DNA of 64,000 nt from an uncultured Pseudomonadota bacterium (GTDB lineage Bacteria; Pseudomonadota; Gammaproteobacteria; DASZBR01): positions 134,015 through 198,014 of the forward strand of contig CAVQJZ010000007.1 of NCBI GenBank assembly GCA_963712965.1, in the 5' to 3' direction. Of the stretch, positions 1 through 10,936 are shown in pieces (within the stretch, counting starts at the first letter, position 1; each line of letters starts with the position of its first letter). The notes under the pieces are model-generated. The model was not told where the DNA came from. It made no database searches and saw nothing but the letters and a program-made list of their open reading frames with translations. Both the position numbers and the translations under genes were made by a program.

Positions 1-1570
<1,570 letters not shown>

Positions 1571-1575
1571 CAAAA

Positions 1576-1681
1576 TTTACTCAATCCATTGAGTAAATTT
1601 GCTCAATGGATTGAGTAAAATCAAGCTCTATTGTTTAATCAATGGCCATTGACTAAATTTAGTCAATGCTCACTGACTAAA
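1576..1681. repeat. Four 22-24 nt palindromic units (TTTAsTCAAT..ATTGAsTAAA) arranged as two tandem pairs
   Basis: Units at 1576-1597, 1598-1619, 1634-1657 and 1658-1681, read directly. Unit 2 is nearly the reverse complement of unit 1. Confidence 0.75.
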
Positions 1682-1725
1682 TTTTTAACAAACGCACAAC
1701 ATTAAGCAAATTCACTCGATCCAAT

Positions 1726-1773
1726 GTCATTCCCGCCCCTGTTTTCGCAGGGGATAAACTCCAGCGGGAATCC
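1726..1773. repeat. Nested-hairpin REP-like element (GTCATTCCCGC...GCGGGAATCC)
   Basis: Outer stem ATTCCCGC/GCGGGAAT encloses inner stem CCCCTG/CAGGGG. It lies in a convergent spacer with no coding support. Confidence 0.5.
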
Positions 1774-1781
1774 ATTTTTTT

Positions 1782-1880
1782 GTCATGCCGCACGCCGTAA
1801 TAAATACGGCGCATGCTTGTTGCGGCATCTGGTAAAATTTTAAACATTTTCCAGACCCCGCAATAAATGCGGGGTGACAC
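1782..1880. mobile_element. MITE-like repeat, family A, long copy (two hairpin modules)
   Basis: About 90% identical, in inverted orientation, to 9990-10064 apart from a 23-nt internal insert. Contains hairpins ATGCCGCA..TGCGGCAT and CCCCGCA-ATAAA-TGCGGGG. Confidence 0.6.
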
Positions 1881-1937
1881 GAAAACCACATGGAGCAACA
1901 AACTTGACCGCTTGCTTACGCGCGCGGCTCAGATTTT

Positions 1938-3239
1938 TCACTTCAAACATTGCAATAAACACAACAGCCCTTCACATGCTTCATGCTGCTGCATTCTTAA
2001 TGTCGCTTGCTCAATAGCAACTACTTTAAAATTACATTGTTGCGCTAATTCACGAATATAATGTTCGCTGTGCGCATAACGGCTATTGTTTTGCAGCACC
2101 CATTCTTTATTATGCCTTGCTTTTTCGACAGAGAACAATAAGTAGCCGTTGGATTTTAATGCAGCAAAGCAGCAAGAAAATAATTCTTTAAAATCGCCGA
2201 AATAATTAAACGTATCTGAGGCCAGCAACAAATCAAATACTTGATCATATTTTTCTAATGCCTGAATTAAATCTGCTTGAATTAACTCATTATAAATATT
2301 TTTTTGTTTAGCCAACGCCAACATTTTTTCCGATAAATCAACGCCGATTAACTTTTCTGCAATATCTGTAAACGCCAAGCCTGACAACCCCGTACCGCAA
2401 CCTAAATCTATGACCGACAGTTTATTGGTTTTATTGTGTTGGTTAAATAAAGTGCGTAATTGTTGCGGTGTTTTATAGTGCAAAATATCCACCATGTGCT
2501 GCTCATAATGTTTAGCATAATGATCAAACAAATCACGCACATAAATTTCGGGTGGTTTGTCGGGCGAATTTTTGCCAGTAATAGCCGCATACAAATAATT
2601 GATAATAGAGTGGTTAGGGTCAATTTTTAATACATCTGAAAAAGTATTTTGCGCCAACTCTCGTTTTCCGGCTTTTAAATACGCGATACCTAAATTGCTT
2701 AGCGCATCAAGATGATCCTGTTTTAATTTTAATACTTGCTGAAACTGCGCGATAGCTTGCTCAAAATCACCCAGCTCTAAAAAGGCCAACGCATAACTAT
2801 ACAAACCGCCAATGTCATCAGGTTTTAATTGCAAAAAAGCATCGTATTCTTCCAAGGCTTTTTTATATTGGCCTAACTGTAAATAACAGGCGGCTAAATT
2901 ATTCAGCGCTTCATGATGTTTTGCGTCAATCGTTAAGACAGCTTGGAAACACTCGACCGCCTGAGAAAAATTCTTTTCATACACCAACAACGCACCTAAA
3001 TTATTCAGCGCATTCATATGGGCCGGATTAATTTCTAATACACGCTCTAAATAGTTTTTCGCTAGCGCAATTTTTTCTTCACTAATCGACAACAACGCCA
3101 AATTATACAAAACCTCGGGAAATTCCGGCTCTACCAATAACACTTTCTCATACCATTCTCGCGCCTGAATTAAATCACCTGCACGGTGTGCTTGCAGCGC
3201 CAATCTCATTTGTGTTTCAATCACGTCAACTTGCGGCAT
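1938..3239 (-). CDS. TPR-repeat protein fused to a class I SAM-dependent methyltransferase domain
   Basis: 433 aa. The N-terminal ~220 aa are tandem 34-aa TPR units (A..Y..AL...P....AL.NLG). The C-terminal part carries SAM motif I VIDLGCGTGLSG. Confidence 0.8.
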   Translation of the reverse strand: MPQVDVIETQMRLALQAHRAGDLIQAREWYEKVLLVEPEFPEVLYNLALLSISEEKIALAKNYLERVLEINPAHMNALNNLGALLVYEKNFSQAVECFQAVLTIDAKHHEALNNLAACYLQLGQYKKALEEYDAFLQLKPDDIGGLYSYALAFLELGDFEQAIAQFQQVLKLKQDHLDALSNLGIAYLKAGKRELAQNTFSDVLKIDPNHSIINYLYAAITGKNSPDKPPEIYVRDLFDHYAKHYEQHMVDILHYKTPQQLRTLFNQHNKTNKLSVIDLGCGTGLSGLAFTDIAEKLIGVDLSEKMLALAKQKNIYNELIQADLIQALEKYDQVFDLLLASDTFNYFGDFKELFSCCFAALKSNGYLLFSVEKARHNKEWVLQNNSRYAHSEHYIRELAQQCNFKVVAIEQATLRMQQHEACEGLLCLLQCLK

Positions 3240-3253
3240 AGATTACTCTTACG

Positions 3254-4144
3254 ATGACAGATAAATTTAAAATTTTATTTTTTCTCATTTTACTTATACT
3301 CATTTGGGGTGTTGGTTGGCCGATTATTACTATCGGATTGCCTTACTGCCCTGCTATTTGGTATAGCGCATTACGTTTGATTATTGGCGCTGTTATTATT
3401 TTTATCGCCATGGCGGTTTCAGGAAATTTAACAATACCCAGCAAACGCGATCTACCTTTTATTTTCAGCATTGGTTTTTTGCAAATGGGCGTCTTTGTAC
3501 TGTTAATTACCCTAGGTTTGCAATATGTACCACCAGGGCGCTCAGCCATTCTTGCTTATACATCACCATTTTTTGTCACGCCCATCGCCGTGTTTTTTTT
3601 CAAAGAAACGTTATCGCCTTTAAAAATTATTGGTCTTTTACTTGGCATTACCGGCATTGTATTACTGTTTAGTCCCTGGCAATTTAATTGGCACGATCCA
3701 CACACATTACTAGGCAATGGGTTATTAATTTTATCTTCTTTAGTCTGGTCTATCGTGATGTTACACACACGTTACGGCAAATGGCACAGCTCGCCCACCG
3801 CATTATTACCTTGGCAAGCATTAATCAGCCCCTTACCAAGTTTGATAGCGGCATTATTATTAGCTCCACATCCAGTCATTCAATTTACTAACACTTTTTG
3901 GTTTAGCATGCTTTATACCGCTATTTTATCAACACCTGTTGCGTATTGGTTAGTGACGATGGTGAGCCGCTCGCTGCCAGTCATCACAACATCACTCGCT
4001 TTATTAGCTATTCCTGTGGCCGGCTTACTCTCTTCCGTGGTGATGGTGCACGAAGCGCTCAACCTTTCAATTTTATTGTCTTTAGGTTTAATTATTGCGG
4101 GATTAGTTTGTATATCAATTCCATCGCGTGCGCACGATGACTAA
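3254..4144 (+). CDS. EamA/DMT-superfamily transporter (10 TM)
   Basis: 296 aa, strongly hydrophobic, with a two-fold internal repeat typical of EamA domains. Confidence 0.8.
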   Translation: MTDKFKILFFLILLILIWGVGWPIITIGLPYCPAIWYSALRLIIGAVIIFIAMAVSGNLTIPSKRDLPFIFSIGFLQMGVFVLLITLGLQYVPPGRSAILAYTSPFFVTPIAVFFFKETLSPLKIIGLLLGITGIVLLFSPWQFNWHDPHTLLGNGLLILSSLVWSIVMLHTRYGKWHSSPTALLPWQALISPLPSLIAALLLAPHPVIQFTNTFWFSMLYTAILSTPVAYWLVTMVSRSLPVITTSLALLAIPVAGLLSSVVMVHEALNLSILLSLGLIIAGLVCISIPSRAHDD

Positions 4145-4688
4145 GGCGATTTTTTTCTTCTTTATTTAATTCTGCGGCACTGCAACGGTGGGTTGGCACA
4201 TAAAAAACAGGATCGTAACCAAAACCATTTTCACCTTGTGGTTTCAATAATATTTTCCCTTCCCAAACTCCCTGCGCAATAATTGGTAGCGGATCATTAG
4301 CATGGCGCATATAAACTAAAACACATATAAACCGCGCGCTTCTTTTTTCTTCAGGCACATTTTCTAAATTAGTTAATAATTTTTGTATGCATGCTTGCGC
4401 GCTCGCTTTTTCACCCGCATACCGCGCGGAATAAACACCCGGCTCGCCATTGAGCGCATCGACAATCAACCCAGAGTCATCTGAAAGTGCCGGCAATTTT
4501 GCATGATGTGCCGCATGACGCGCTTTGATTAATGCGTTTTCAACAAAGGTGTTTGCTGTTTCGGGAATTTCTGCGATAGAAAAATGATTTTGCGGAATTA
4601 ATTCCCAATGCAATGCTTGTGATAAATGTGCAAATTCGTTGAGTTTGCCAGGATTATTTGAAGCTAAGACAATTTTTTGCGTACGCAT
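4092..4688 (-). CDS. rdgB: Non-canonical purine NTP pyrophosphatase (RdgB/HAM1 family)
   Basis: 198 aa. IVLASNNPGKLNEF..., ...ETANTFVENALIKAR..., FGYDPVF motifs. Confidence 0.9.
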   Translation of the reverse strand: MRTQKIVLASNNPGKLNEFAHLSQALHWELIPQNHFSIAEIPETANTFVENALIKARHAAHHAKLPALSDDSGLIVDALNGEPGVYSARYAGEKASAQACIQKLLTNLENVPEEKRSARFICVLVYMRHANDPLPIIAQGVWEGKILLKPQGENGFGYDPVFYVPTHRCSAAELNKEEKNRLSHRAHAMELIYKLIPQ

Positions 4689-5473
4689 TAAATTAATTCG
4701 CCTTCAAAAACAGTTACCGCAGGACCTGTCATTAAAATCGATGATTTTTCATCCGGCCACACAATTTTTAATACGCCACCTGGCAACTCTACCATTACTT
4801 TGCGATCCAATAATCCTTGCACGCATCCGGCAACCACAGCAGCGACCGCACCACTACCACATGCTTGTGTTTCACCCGCACCACGCTCGTACACCCGTAA
4901 TTTAATTTTATTTTTATGAATGATCTGCATAAATCCCACATTCACGCCCTCAGGAAAATAGGCGGCTTCATTCATTAATTTACCTATTGGCGCAATATCC
5001 ATACCGTCTAATTCTCTCACGACAGTCACCGCATGTGGATTACCTAAAGAAAGCGAAACAAATTCTAATTCGTGTAACGTATGTTTATTAATTTGTTGTG
5101 GTAAACCCATATCAACCGTAATATTTTCATCATCAAGAATATCGACGACTAACGTGGTATTTTTCGTCGCTAACACTAATTTATTTTTATGCGTTAATTT
5201 TTTATCCCGCAAAAATTTTGCTAAACAACGTGCGCCATTACCACATTGGCCAGACTCTGAACCATTCGCATTGAAAATACGATAATTAAAATCTACATTA
5301 GGCTTGGAAGACGCTTCTGCAATTAAGACTTGATCACAACCAATGCCGCGATGACGATCAACAATCGCGCAAATCCATGATCGCGAAACAGGTAACGCTT
5401 GAGTAACACCATCCAACACGACAAAATCATTACCTAACCCATGCATTTTGGTAAATTTTATTCGGGAAGACAT
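4688..5473 (-). CDS. dapF: Diaminopimelate epimerase
   Basis: 261 aa. FTKMHGLGNDFVVLD, catalytic-Cys contexts GQCGNGARC and QACGSGAVA. Confidence 0.95.
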   Translation of the reverse strand: MSSRIKFTKMHGLGNDFVVLDGVTQALPVSRSWICAIVDRHRGIGCDQVLIAEASSKPNVDFNYRIFNANGSESGQCGNGARCLAKFLRDKKLTHKNKLVLATKNTTLVVDILDDENITVDMGLPQQINKHTLHELEFVSLSLGNPHAVTVVRELDGMDIAPIGKLMNEAAYFPEGVNVGFMQIIHKNKIKLRVYERGAGETQACGSGAVAAVVAGCVQGLLDRKVMVELPGGVLKIVWPDEKSSILMTGPAVTVFEGELI

Positions 5474-6687
5474 CGCTCACCTGCCATTAATTGTTCCATT
5501 GTCTCTCGCGCTCGAATTAAATAATGGGTGTTGCCATCGACCATCACTTCAGCAACACGCAAGCGTGAATTATAAGACGAGCTCATGGAAAATCCATACG
5601 CGCCCGTCATGGTGACAGCCAATAAATCATTCGCCTGAAGTGCCAAATGAATATCATGCGCTAAAAAATCGCTGCTTTCACACACGGGCCCTACAACGTC
5701 ATAACATTCCATCGGCACAGAATTTTTTTCCAAGGAAATAATGTCGTGCGTAGCGCCATATAATGCCGGGCGCATAAAATCATTCATACCCGCATCCACA
5801 ATCGCAAAATTTTTGTGCGCGGTTTTTTTCAACGATAATACGCGCGTTAACAAAATACCCGCAGACGCCACAATCGCTCGCCCAGGTGACAATAATAATT
5901 TAATACGATGCTTCTCAAGCAAGGCAATCAATGCCTGCGCATAATTTTTCACCGCCATATTTTTATCTTGCGATGAATAGCACACGCCCAACCCACCACC
6001 CATATCAATATGTTTGATATCAATATGAAGCGCTTTTAACGCGTCGACTAACTCCAGCAATTTTTGCAAGGCTTGCGTAAACGGCACAATGTCATTAATT
6101 TGCGAGCCAATGTGGCACGCAATCCCTGTAATTTTAATATGTTTTAATTGATTGGCTTGTTGATAAAACGATAACGCTTCGCTGCAATCAAGCCCAAATT
6201 TATTGTCTTTTAACCCAGTGGTAATATACGGATGCGTAGTAACGGCAATATTAGGATTCATGCGCAACGAAATATTCGCGAAGCAATTTAATTTTTCTGC
6301 GCAAGCGTTTAATAAGGCTAACTCTTCCCATGATTCTACATTAAAACATTCAATATTTAATTTTAACGCGCGCTCTATTTCATGTGGTTGTTTACCCACG
6401 CCAGAAAAAATAATTTTTTGTGGATTGCCACCGGCAGCAATCACACGTTCAAGTTCGCCGACTGACACAATATCAAAGCCAGAACCTAATCGTGCTAAAA
6501 GATTTAACACCGCTAAATTACTATTGGCTTTGACGGCGTAATAAATATGATGCGGATAATTACTACATGCTTGATCAAACTCGCGCCAATTTTTTTCTAG
6601 CACTTGGCGCGAATAAACATATAAAGGCGAACCATATTGTTCGGCGAGTTTTTTTAATGTAGGGATCGCGAAAAAAGATAAGTTCAT
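5458..6687 (-). CDS. lysA: Diaminopimelate decarboxylase
   Basis: PLP-binding YAVKANSN and GGGLGV motifs. Start moved to MNLSFF... (6687) because it forms an ATGA overlap with the lptM stop. The longer track ORF (to 6759) would overlap lptM. Confidence 0.92.
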   Translation of the reverse strand: MNLSFFAIPTLKKLAEQYGSPLYVYSRQVLEKNWREFDQACSNYPHHIYYAVKANSNLAVLNLLARLGSGFDIVSVGELERVIAAGGNPQKIIFSGVGKQPHEIERALKLNIECFNVESWEELALLNACAEKLNCFANISLRMNPNIAVTTHPYITTGLKDNKFGLDCSEALSFYQQANQLKHIKITGIACHIGSQINDIVPFTQALQKLLELVDALKALHIDIKHIDMGGGLGVCYSSQDKNMAVKNYAQALIALLEKHRIKLLLSPGRAIVASAGILLTRVLSLKKTAHKNFAIVDAGMNDFMRPALYGATHDIISLEKNSVPMECYDVVGPVCESSDFLAHDIHLALQANDLLAVTMTGAYGFSMSSSYNSRLRVAEVMVDGNTHYLIRARETMEQLMAGERCLPE

Positions 6688-6815
6688 GTGTGTGAGACGG
6701 TTGTTTGTGTTGCAGGCGCTGCGGGTTTGGGCAAATATAAAGGCCCAGATTGGCCGCATGCGGTAAGACCGCTAAGCAATGCCATCGTAATAAACAAAGT
6801 AATACATTTTCTCAT
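6684..6815 (-). CDS. lptM: Small lipoprotein LptM/YifL (43 aa), absent from the ORF track
   Basis: Manual translation gives [43 protein letters not shown]. Lipobox LTAC followed by the signature G-PLYLP. GAGGG Shine-Dalgarno upstream. Position upstream of lysA-dapF matches yifL-dapF in enterics. Confidence 0.65.
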   Translation of the reverse strand: MRKCITLFITMALLSGLTACGQSGPLYLPKPAAPATQTTVSHT

Positions 6816-6879
6816 GCAAACCCTCGCGCTAAAGCTAATTTTTTCATGTTATCATGATTTTTCTAACAATGAGGAATCC

Positions 6880-7884
6880 ATGTACGTACTTGGTATCGAA
6901 ACATCCTGCGACGAAACAGGGTTGGCAATTTATGACAGCCAAACTCATCAGCTCCAGCATGTATTACACAGTCAACAACACCAACGCTATGGTGGTGTGG
7001 TGCCCGAACTCGCATCGCGCGATCATATTTTGCGCATTGGCGCATTATTAAAAGAGTTATTACAAAAAACAGCGTTATCCCTAAAAGATATTAATGGCAT
7101 TGCTTATACCGCAGGCCCCGGATTAATTGGCGCATTATTAGTTGGCTCGGGATTTGCAAAAAGTTTGGGATTAGCGCTCGATACACCGACCATTGCCATT
7201 CATCATATGGAAGGTCACTTACTCACGCCTTTGTTGGAACAAGATCCACCGCATTTTCCTTTTTTAGCATTATTAGTTTCCGGCGGTCACACACAAATTG
7301 TGCACGTTAAAGCCTTAGGACAATACGATATTTTAGGTGAAACATTAGACGACGCGGCTGGTGAAGCATTCGATAAAGTCGCTAAATTAATCGGGCTCGA
7401 TTATCCTGGTGGTCCTGCATTAGCAAATCTAGCACTGCATGGTGATCACAAACGTTTTCATTTTCCACGCCCCATGTTAAACCGACCTGGACTTGATTTT
7501 AGTTTTAGCGGATTAAAAACCAGCGTACTCCATTTATATCAATCACTTGAGGCGCCTGATGAAAAAACCAAAGCGGATATCGCGTGTGCTTTTCAAGATG
7601 CGGTCATCGATACTTTGGTTGCAAAATGCAAACGCGCGTTGGAAGAAACACAAATTACACAATTGGTTGTTGCTGGTGGCGTGAGCGCCAACACTCATTT
7701 ACGCACACAGTTAAACGCATTGTTACATCGACATCACGGCAAAGTGTATTTCCCTCGCCCTGAATTTTGTATGGATAATGGCGCAATGATTGCATTCGCT
7801 GGATTTTTACGCTTACAAGCAGGCATGAAAGATAGTGATTTACGCATTCAAGCGAAAGCGCGATGGGAGATGGATCAAATATAA
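6880..7884 (+). CDS. tsaD: tRNA N6-adenosine threonylcarbamoyltransferase
   Basis: Starts [14 protein letters not shown] with GAGGA Shine-Dalgarno at 6871-6875. HHMEGH metal motif. 334 aa. Confidence 0.95.
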   Translation: MYVLGIETSCDETGLAIYDSQTHQLQHVLHSQQHQRYGGVVPELASRDHILRIGALLKELLQKTALSLKDINGIAYTAGPGLIGALLVGSGFAKSLGLALDTPTIAIHHMEGHLLTPLLEQDPPHFPFLALLVSGGHTQIVHVKALGQYDILGETLDDAAGEAFDKVAKLIGLDYPGGPALANLALHGDHKRFHFPRPMLNRPGLDFSFSGLKTSVLHLYQSLEAPDEKTKADIACAFQDAVIDTLVAKCKRALEETQITQLVVAGGVSANTHLRTQLNALLHRHHGKVYFPRPEFCMDNGAMIAFAGFLRLQAGMKDSDLRIQAKARWEMDQI

Positions 7885-7886
7885 AA

Positions 7887-7955
7887 TTAACCCCTATAGA
7901 GGTTAATATTTACTTTACCCCCTATAGGGGTTATTGTACAATTTAACCTCTATAA
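7887..7955. promoter_or_regulatory. Candidate HipB operator array: TTAACC-N8-GGTTAA palindromes (2.5 copies)
   Basis: 7887-7906 TTAACCCCTATAGAGGTTAA; 7916-7933 TACCCCCTATAGGGGTTA; half-site 7944-7955 TAACCTCTATAA. All lie immediately upstream of hipB. Confidence 0.55.
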
Positions 7956-7981
7956 GCAATATTTTTTATTGGAGCAAACAA

Positions 7982-8233
7982 ATGCTTATTCATTCGCCCA
8001 AAGAGCTCGCCCTGTTTATAAGCACTCAGCGCAAAAAGCACAAAAAAAGCCAAGCGCTAATTGGCAATTCAGTGGGATTAAAGCAAACCACTGTTTCTGC
8101 ATTTGAAAACAAACCTGAAAGCACTCAATTAGAAACACTATTTAAAATACTCTCGGCTGCTAATTTGGACTTAAGAATTTCACCTAAAAATGAAACGCCT
8201 GCGGACAAAAACAAATGGAAAAAAGAGTGGTAA
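7982..8233 (+). CDS. hipB: HipB-type XRE-family HTH antitoxin
   Basis: 83 aa from MLIHSPKELALF with GGAG Shine-Dalgarno at 7971. HTH segment SQALIGNSVGLKQTTVSAFEN. Directly precedes hipA. Confidence 0.8.
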   Translation: MLIHSPKELALFISTQRKKHKKSQALIGNSVGLKQTTVSAFENKPESTQLETLFKILSAANLDLRISPKNETPADKNKWKKEW

Positions 8234-8235
8234 CC

Positions 8236-9543
8236 ATGAAAAATAAAAATCGAGTTCTCAGCGTCTTAATGAATGGCATTTTAGTAGGTCACTTAGAGAA
8301 AAAAAATAACACGGGTTTTATATTCACCTATCATCAGGGTTGGCTAGACACACCAGGTGCTCGCCCTATTTCCCTATCATTGCCATTACTACATCAACCC
8401 TTTACAGGAGATGTTGTCTATAATTTTTTTGATAATCTACTTCCAGACAGCCCTCAGATAAGAGCACGCATTCAAACCGCGTTTCAAACACCGACCAATC
8501 AAGCATTTGACCTGCTCGCCAGCATTGGAAAAGATTGTATCGGAGCGGTACAGATTATTGATGGCCCCATATCCATTTTCAAAAAGCAGATCAATTACAA
8601 ATCGCTCGATGAAAAAGAAATCGCTTCTTTATTAAGCGGCTATCAAGAATATCCTCTTGGTATGACCAATGCTTCTGATGACTTTAGGGTATCAATTGCG
8701 GGTGCACAAACAAAAGCTGCTTTTTTATACCATAAAAAAACCTGGAACAGGCCATTAGGAACAACTCCTACCAGTCATATATTCAAGTTGCCTATTGGCT
8801 ATATTCAACACCAACACATTGACCTCAGTGATAGCTGTGAAAACGAATGGTTGTGCTCACAAATTGCGCAAGCATTTGGTTTACCTGTAGCCAAGTCTGA
8901 AATTTTACATTTCGACCAGGTAAAAGCATTAGTTGTTGAAAGGTTTGATCGTAAATTATCCAGTGATAAGACGTGGTTAATGAGATTGCCTCAAGAAGAT
9001 ATATGTCAAGCACTGGGTATTTCTTCTCACTTAAAGTATCAATCAGATGGCGGACCGGACATACGGATTATTATGCGTTTATTGTTAGGCTCTGCAAATC
9101 CAACCAAAGATCGAGATACTTTTTTCCGTTCTCAAATTTTGTTTTGGTTGCTCGCCGCCATTGACGGTCATGCAAAAAATTTTAGCTTATTTATTGAACC
9201 CGAAGGCAAATATCGATTAACGCCACTATATGACATTTTGTCTGCGCACCCTTTAATAGCAAAAAAACAATTGCAGAGGCAGAAAATAAAAATGGCTATG
9301 GCACTGAAAGGAAAAAATAATCATTACCATTGGCATAACGTGCAACGTAGATTTTTTTTGGATACAGCTAAAGCGGCAAATTATTCATCAAAAAAGGCTG
9401 AACAACTACTTGATGAAATGTTAGAACAAATGGATTCTGTTATTGAAGCAGTATCGACTCAATTACCAAAAAAATTCCCTACTCACATTGCGGAAGCAAT
9501 TTTTGACGGCATGCGTTTGACAAAACGTAAGCTGACAACCTAA
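8236..9543 (+). CDS. hipA: HipA-family serine/threonine kinase toxin
   Basis: 435 aa. HipA N-terminal/coupling region (LVGHLEK...FTYHQGW) and kinase core (SIAGAQTKAAF, DGHAKNFSL). Confidence 0.9.
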   Translation: MKNKNRVLSVLMNGILVGHLEKKNNTGFIFTYHQGWLDTPGARPISLSLPLLHQPFTGDVVYNFFDNLLPDSPQIRARIQTAFQTPTNQAFDLLASIGKDCIGAVQIIDGPISIFKKQINYKSLDEKEIASLLSGYQEYPLGMTNASDDFRVSIAGAQTKAAFLYHKKTWNRPLGTTPTSHIFKLPIGYIQHQHIDLSDSCENEWLCSQIAQAFGLPVAKSEILHFDQVKALVVERFDRKLSSDKTWLMRLPQEDICQALGISSHLKYQSDGGPDIRIIMRLLLGSANPTKDRDTFFRSQILFWLLAAIDGHAKNFSLFIEPEGKYRLTPLYDILSAHPLIAKKQLQRQKIKMAMALKGKNNHYHWHNVQRRFFLDTAKAANYSSKKAEQLLDEMLEQMDSVIEAVSTQLPKKFPTHIAEAIFDGMRLTKRKLTT

Positions 9544-9962
9544 AAAGGTTTCACCACCGTCAAAATAACAATCAACACTAACACTACCGTCGGATATTCA
9601 TTCAACCAACGATAAAACACGTGCGAATGTTTATTTTGATTTTTGGCAAACACTTTGCGCAAATGCCCACAATAGAAATGAAAACCAATAAGTGTTGCAA
9701 CTAAAAATAATTTGATGTGCATCCAATAACTTTGTAAATAAAATGGCATATAGCCCAGCAACAACCAAATCCCAAACACCAGCGTCATCACCATGCCTGG
9801 CATCATGATGCCGTAATATAATTTTCGCTCCATGATTTTAAAACGTTCGAGACTAACTTGATCTGTGCTCATGGCGTGATAGACAAATAATCGTGGCAAA
9901 TAAAATAAAGCGCTAAACCAGGTGATCAGAGAAATAATGTGTAACGCTTTAATCCAAAGCAT
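9540..9962 (-). CDS. hemJ: Protoporphyrinogen IX oxidase HemJ (UPF0093 membrane protein)
   Basis: MLWIKALHIISLITWFSALFYLPRLFVYHA... is the characteristic HemJ N-terminus. The 13-codon extension in the track ORF runs into the MITE-like repeat. Confidence 0.85.
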   Translation of the reverse strand: MLWIKALHIISLITWFSALFYLPRLFVYHAMSTDQVSLERFKIMERKLYYGIMMPGMVMTLVFGIWLLLGYMPFYLQSYWMHIKLFLVATLIGFHFYCGHLRKVFAKNQNKHSHVFYRWLNEYPTVVLVLIVILTVVKPF

Positions 9963-9989
9963 GAAAAAATACCGCCTTCTGCTACATTT

Positions 9990-10064
9990 GTCACCCCGCA
10001 TTTATTGCGGGGTCTGGCAAACATTTTAAATTTTACCGGATGCCGCAACGAGTGCGGCATGACA
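9990..10064. mobile_element. MITE-like repeat, family A, short copy (inverted relative to 1782-1880)
   Basis: GTCACCCCGCATTTATTGCGGGGTCTGG...CCGGATGCCGCAACGAGTGCGGCATGACA is the reverse complement of the 1782-1880 element. Confidence 0.6.
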
Positions 10065-10075
10065 CATTAAAAAAA

Positions 10076-10936
10076 TTATGCCTCTTCTAAACGTTCTAAA
10101 ATACCATCAAGAATCTCGAGATTTTGATAATGAATCACTAATTTTCCGCGGCCTTTGCTGGTATGTTCTAATTTTACTTGTGTACCTAAACGATCGGAAA
10201 GACGTTGTTCGAGTTTTAAAATATCAGGATCGGCAGTAGGCGATTTTTTGTGCGTGGCTAATGTTTGTTGCCAATGTTTTACCAAATGCTCGGTTTGACG
10301 CACGGAAAGATTTTTATCCACCACCATTTGCGCGGCTTTAGTTTGATCATTTGACGTTAACGCCAATAATACTTTGGCATGTCCCTGGCTTAATAAATTA
10401 TCTTGAATTAATTTTTTCACGGGCGCGGGCAATTCTAATAAACGAATTAAATTAGTGACTGTTGCGCGCGATTTACCGACAGCATCGCCAACTTGTTGCT
10501 GCGTTAAAGAAAACTCTTCTAATAATCGTTGCAACGCAATGGCTTCTTCAATGGGATTTAAATCTTCGCGCTGAATATTTTCAATTAACGCCATCGCAAT
10601 AGCCGCTTCATCTTTCACATCGCGAATTAATACAGGCACATCTGACAAACCGGCTAATTGTGCAGCACGCCAACGACGCTCACCGGCAATAATTTCATAA
10701 CGACCATTGGTCACTGAACGCACAACAATCGGTTGAATAATGCCTTGCGCACGAATAGAGTCGGCTAATTCTTGCAAGGATTCTTTGGCAATTTCTTGAC
10801 GTGGTTGATATTTACCCGTTTGCAATTGATCAATGGATAACTGTGTTAACTTGCCGTTCACGGGAGAATTTTTTTCTGACGTTGGCGCACCACCACTTAA
10901 TAACGAATCTAATCCACGGCCTAATCCACGCTTCAT
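10076..10936 (-). CDS. parB: Chromosome partitioning protein ParB (Spo0J)
   Basis: 286 aa. GLGRGLDSLL, ParB box IIAGERRWRAA, HTH region. Confidence 0.95.
   Translation of the reverse strand: MKRGLGRGLDSLLSGGAPTSEKNSPVNGKLTQLSIDQLQTGKYQPRQEIAKESLQELADSIRAQGIIQPIVVRSVTNGRYEIIAGERRWRAAQLAGLSDVPVLIRDVKDEAAIAMALIENIQREDLNPIEEAIALQRLLEEFSLTQQQVGDAVGKSRATVTNLIRLLELPAPVKKLIQDNLLSQGHAKVLLALTSNDQTKAAQMVVDKNLSVRQTEHLVKHWQQTLATHKKSPTADPDILKLEQRLSDRLGTQVKLEHTSKGRGKLVIHYQNLEILDGILERLEEA

Noticed and set aside
1677-2061. 74-aa (-) and 64-aa (+) ORFs in the serS downstream spacer
   Set aside because: They are composed of hairpin and MITE-like repeat sequence (1726-1880), or they run antisense into the 3' end of the TPR-methyltransferase gene. 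They show no coding signal.
6688-6879. 64-codon 5' extension of tsaD and 24-codon extension of lysA in the track ORFs
   Set aside because: The extensions overlap each other and the lptM gene. The conserved N-termini ([12 protein letters not shown]; MNLSFF...) have their own Shine-Dalgarno or coupling signals.
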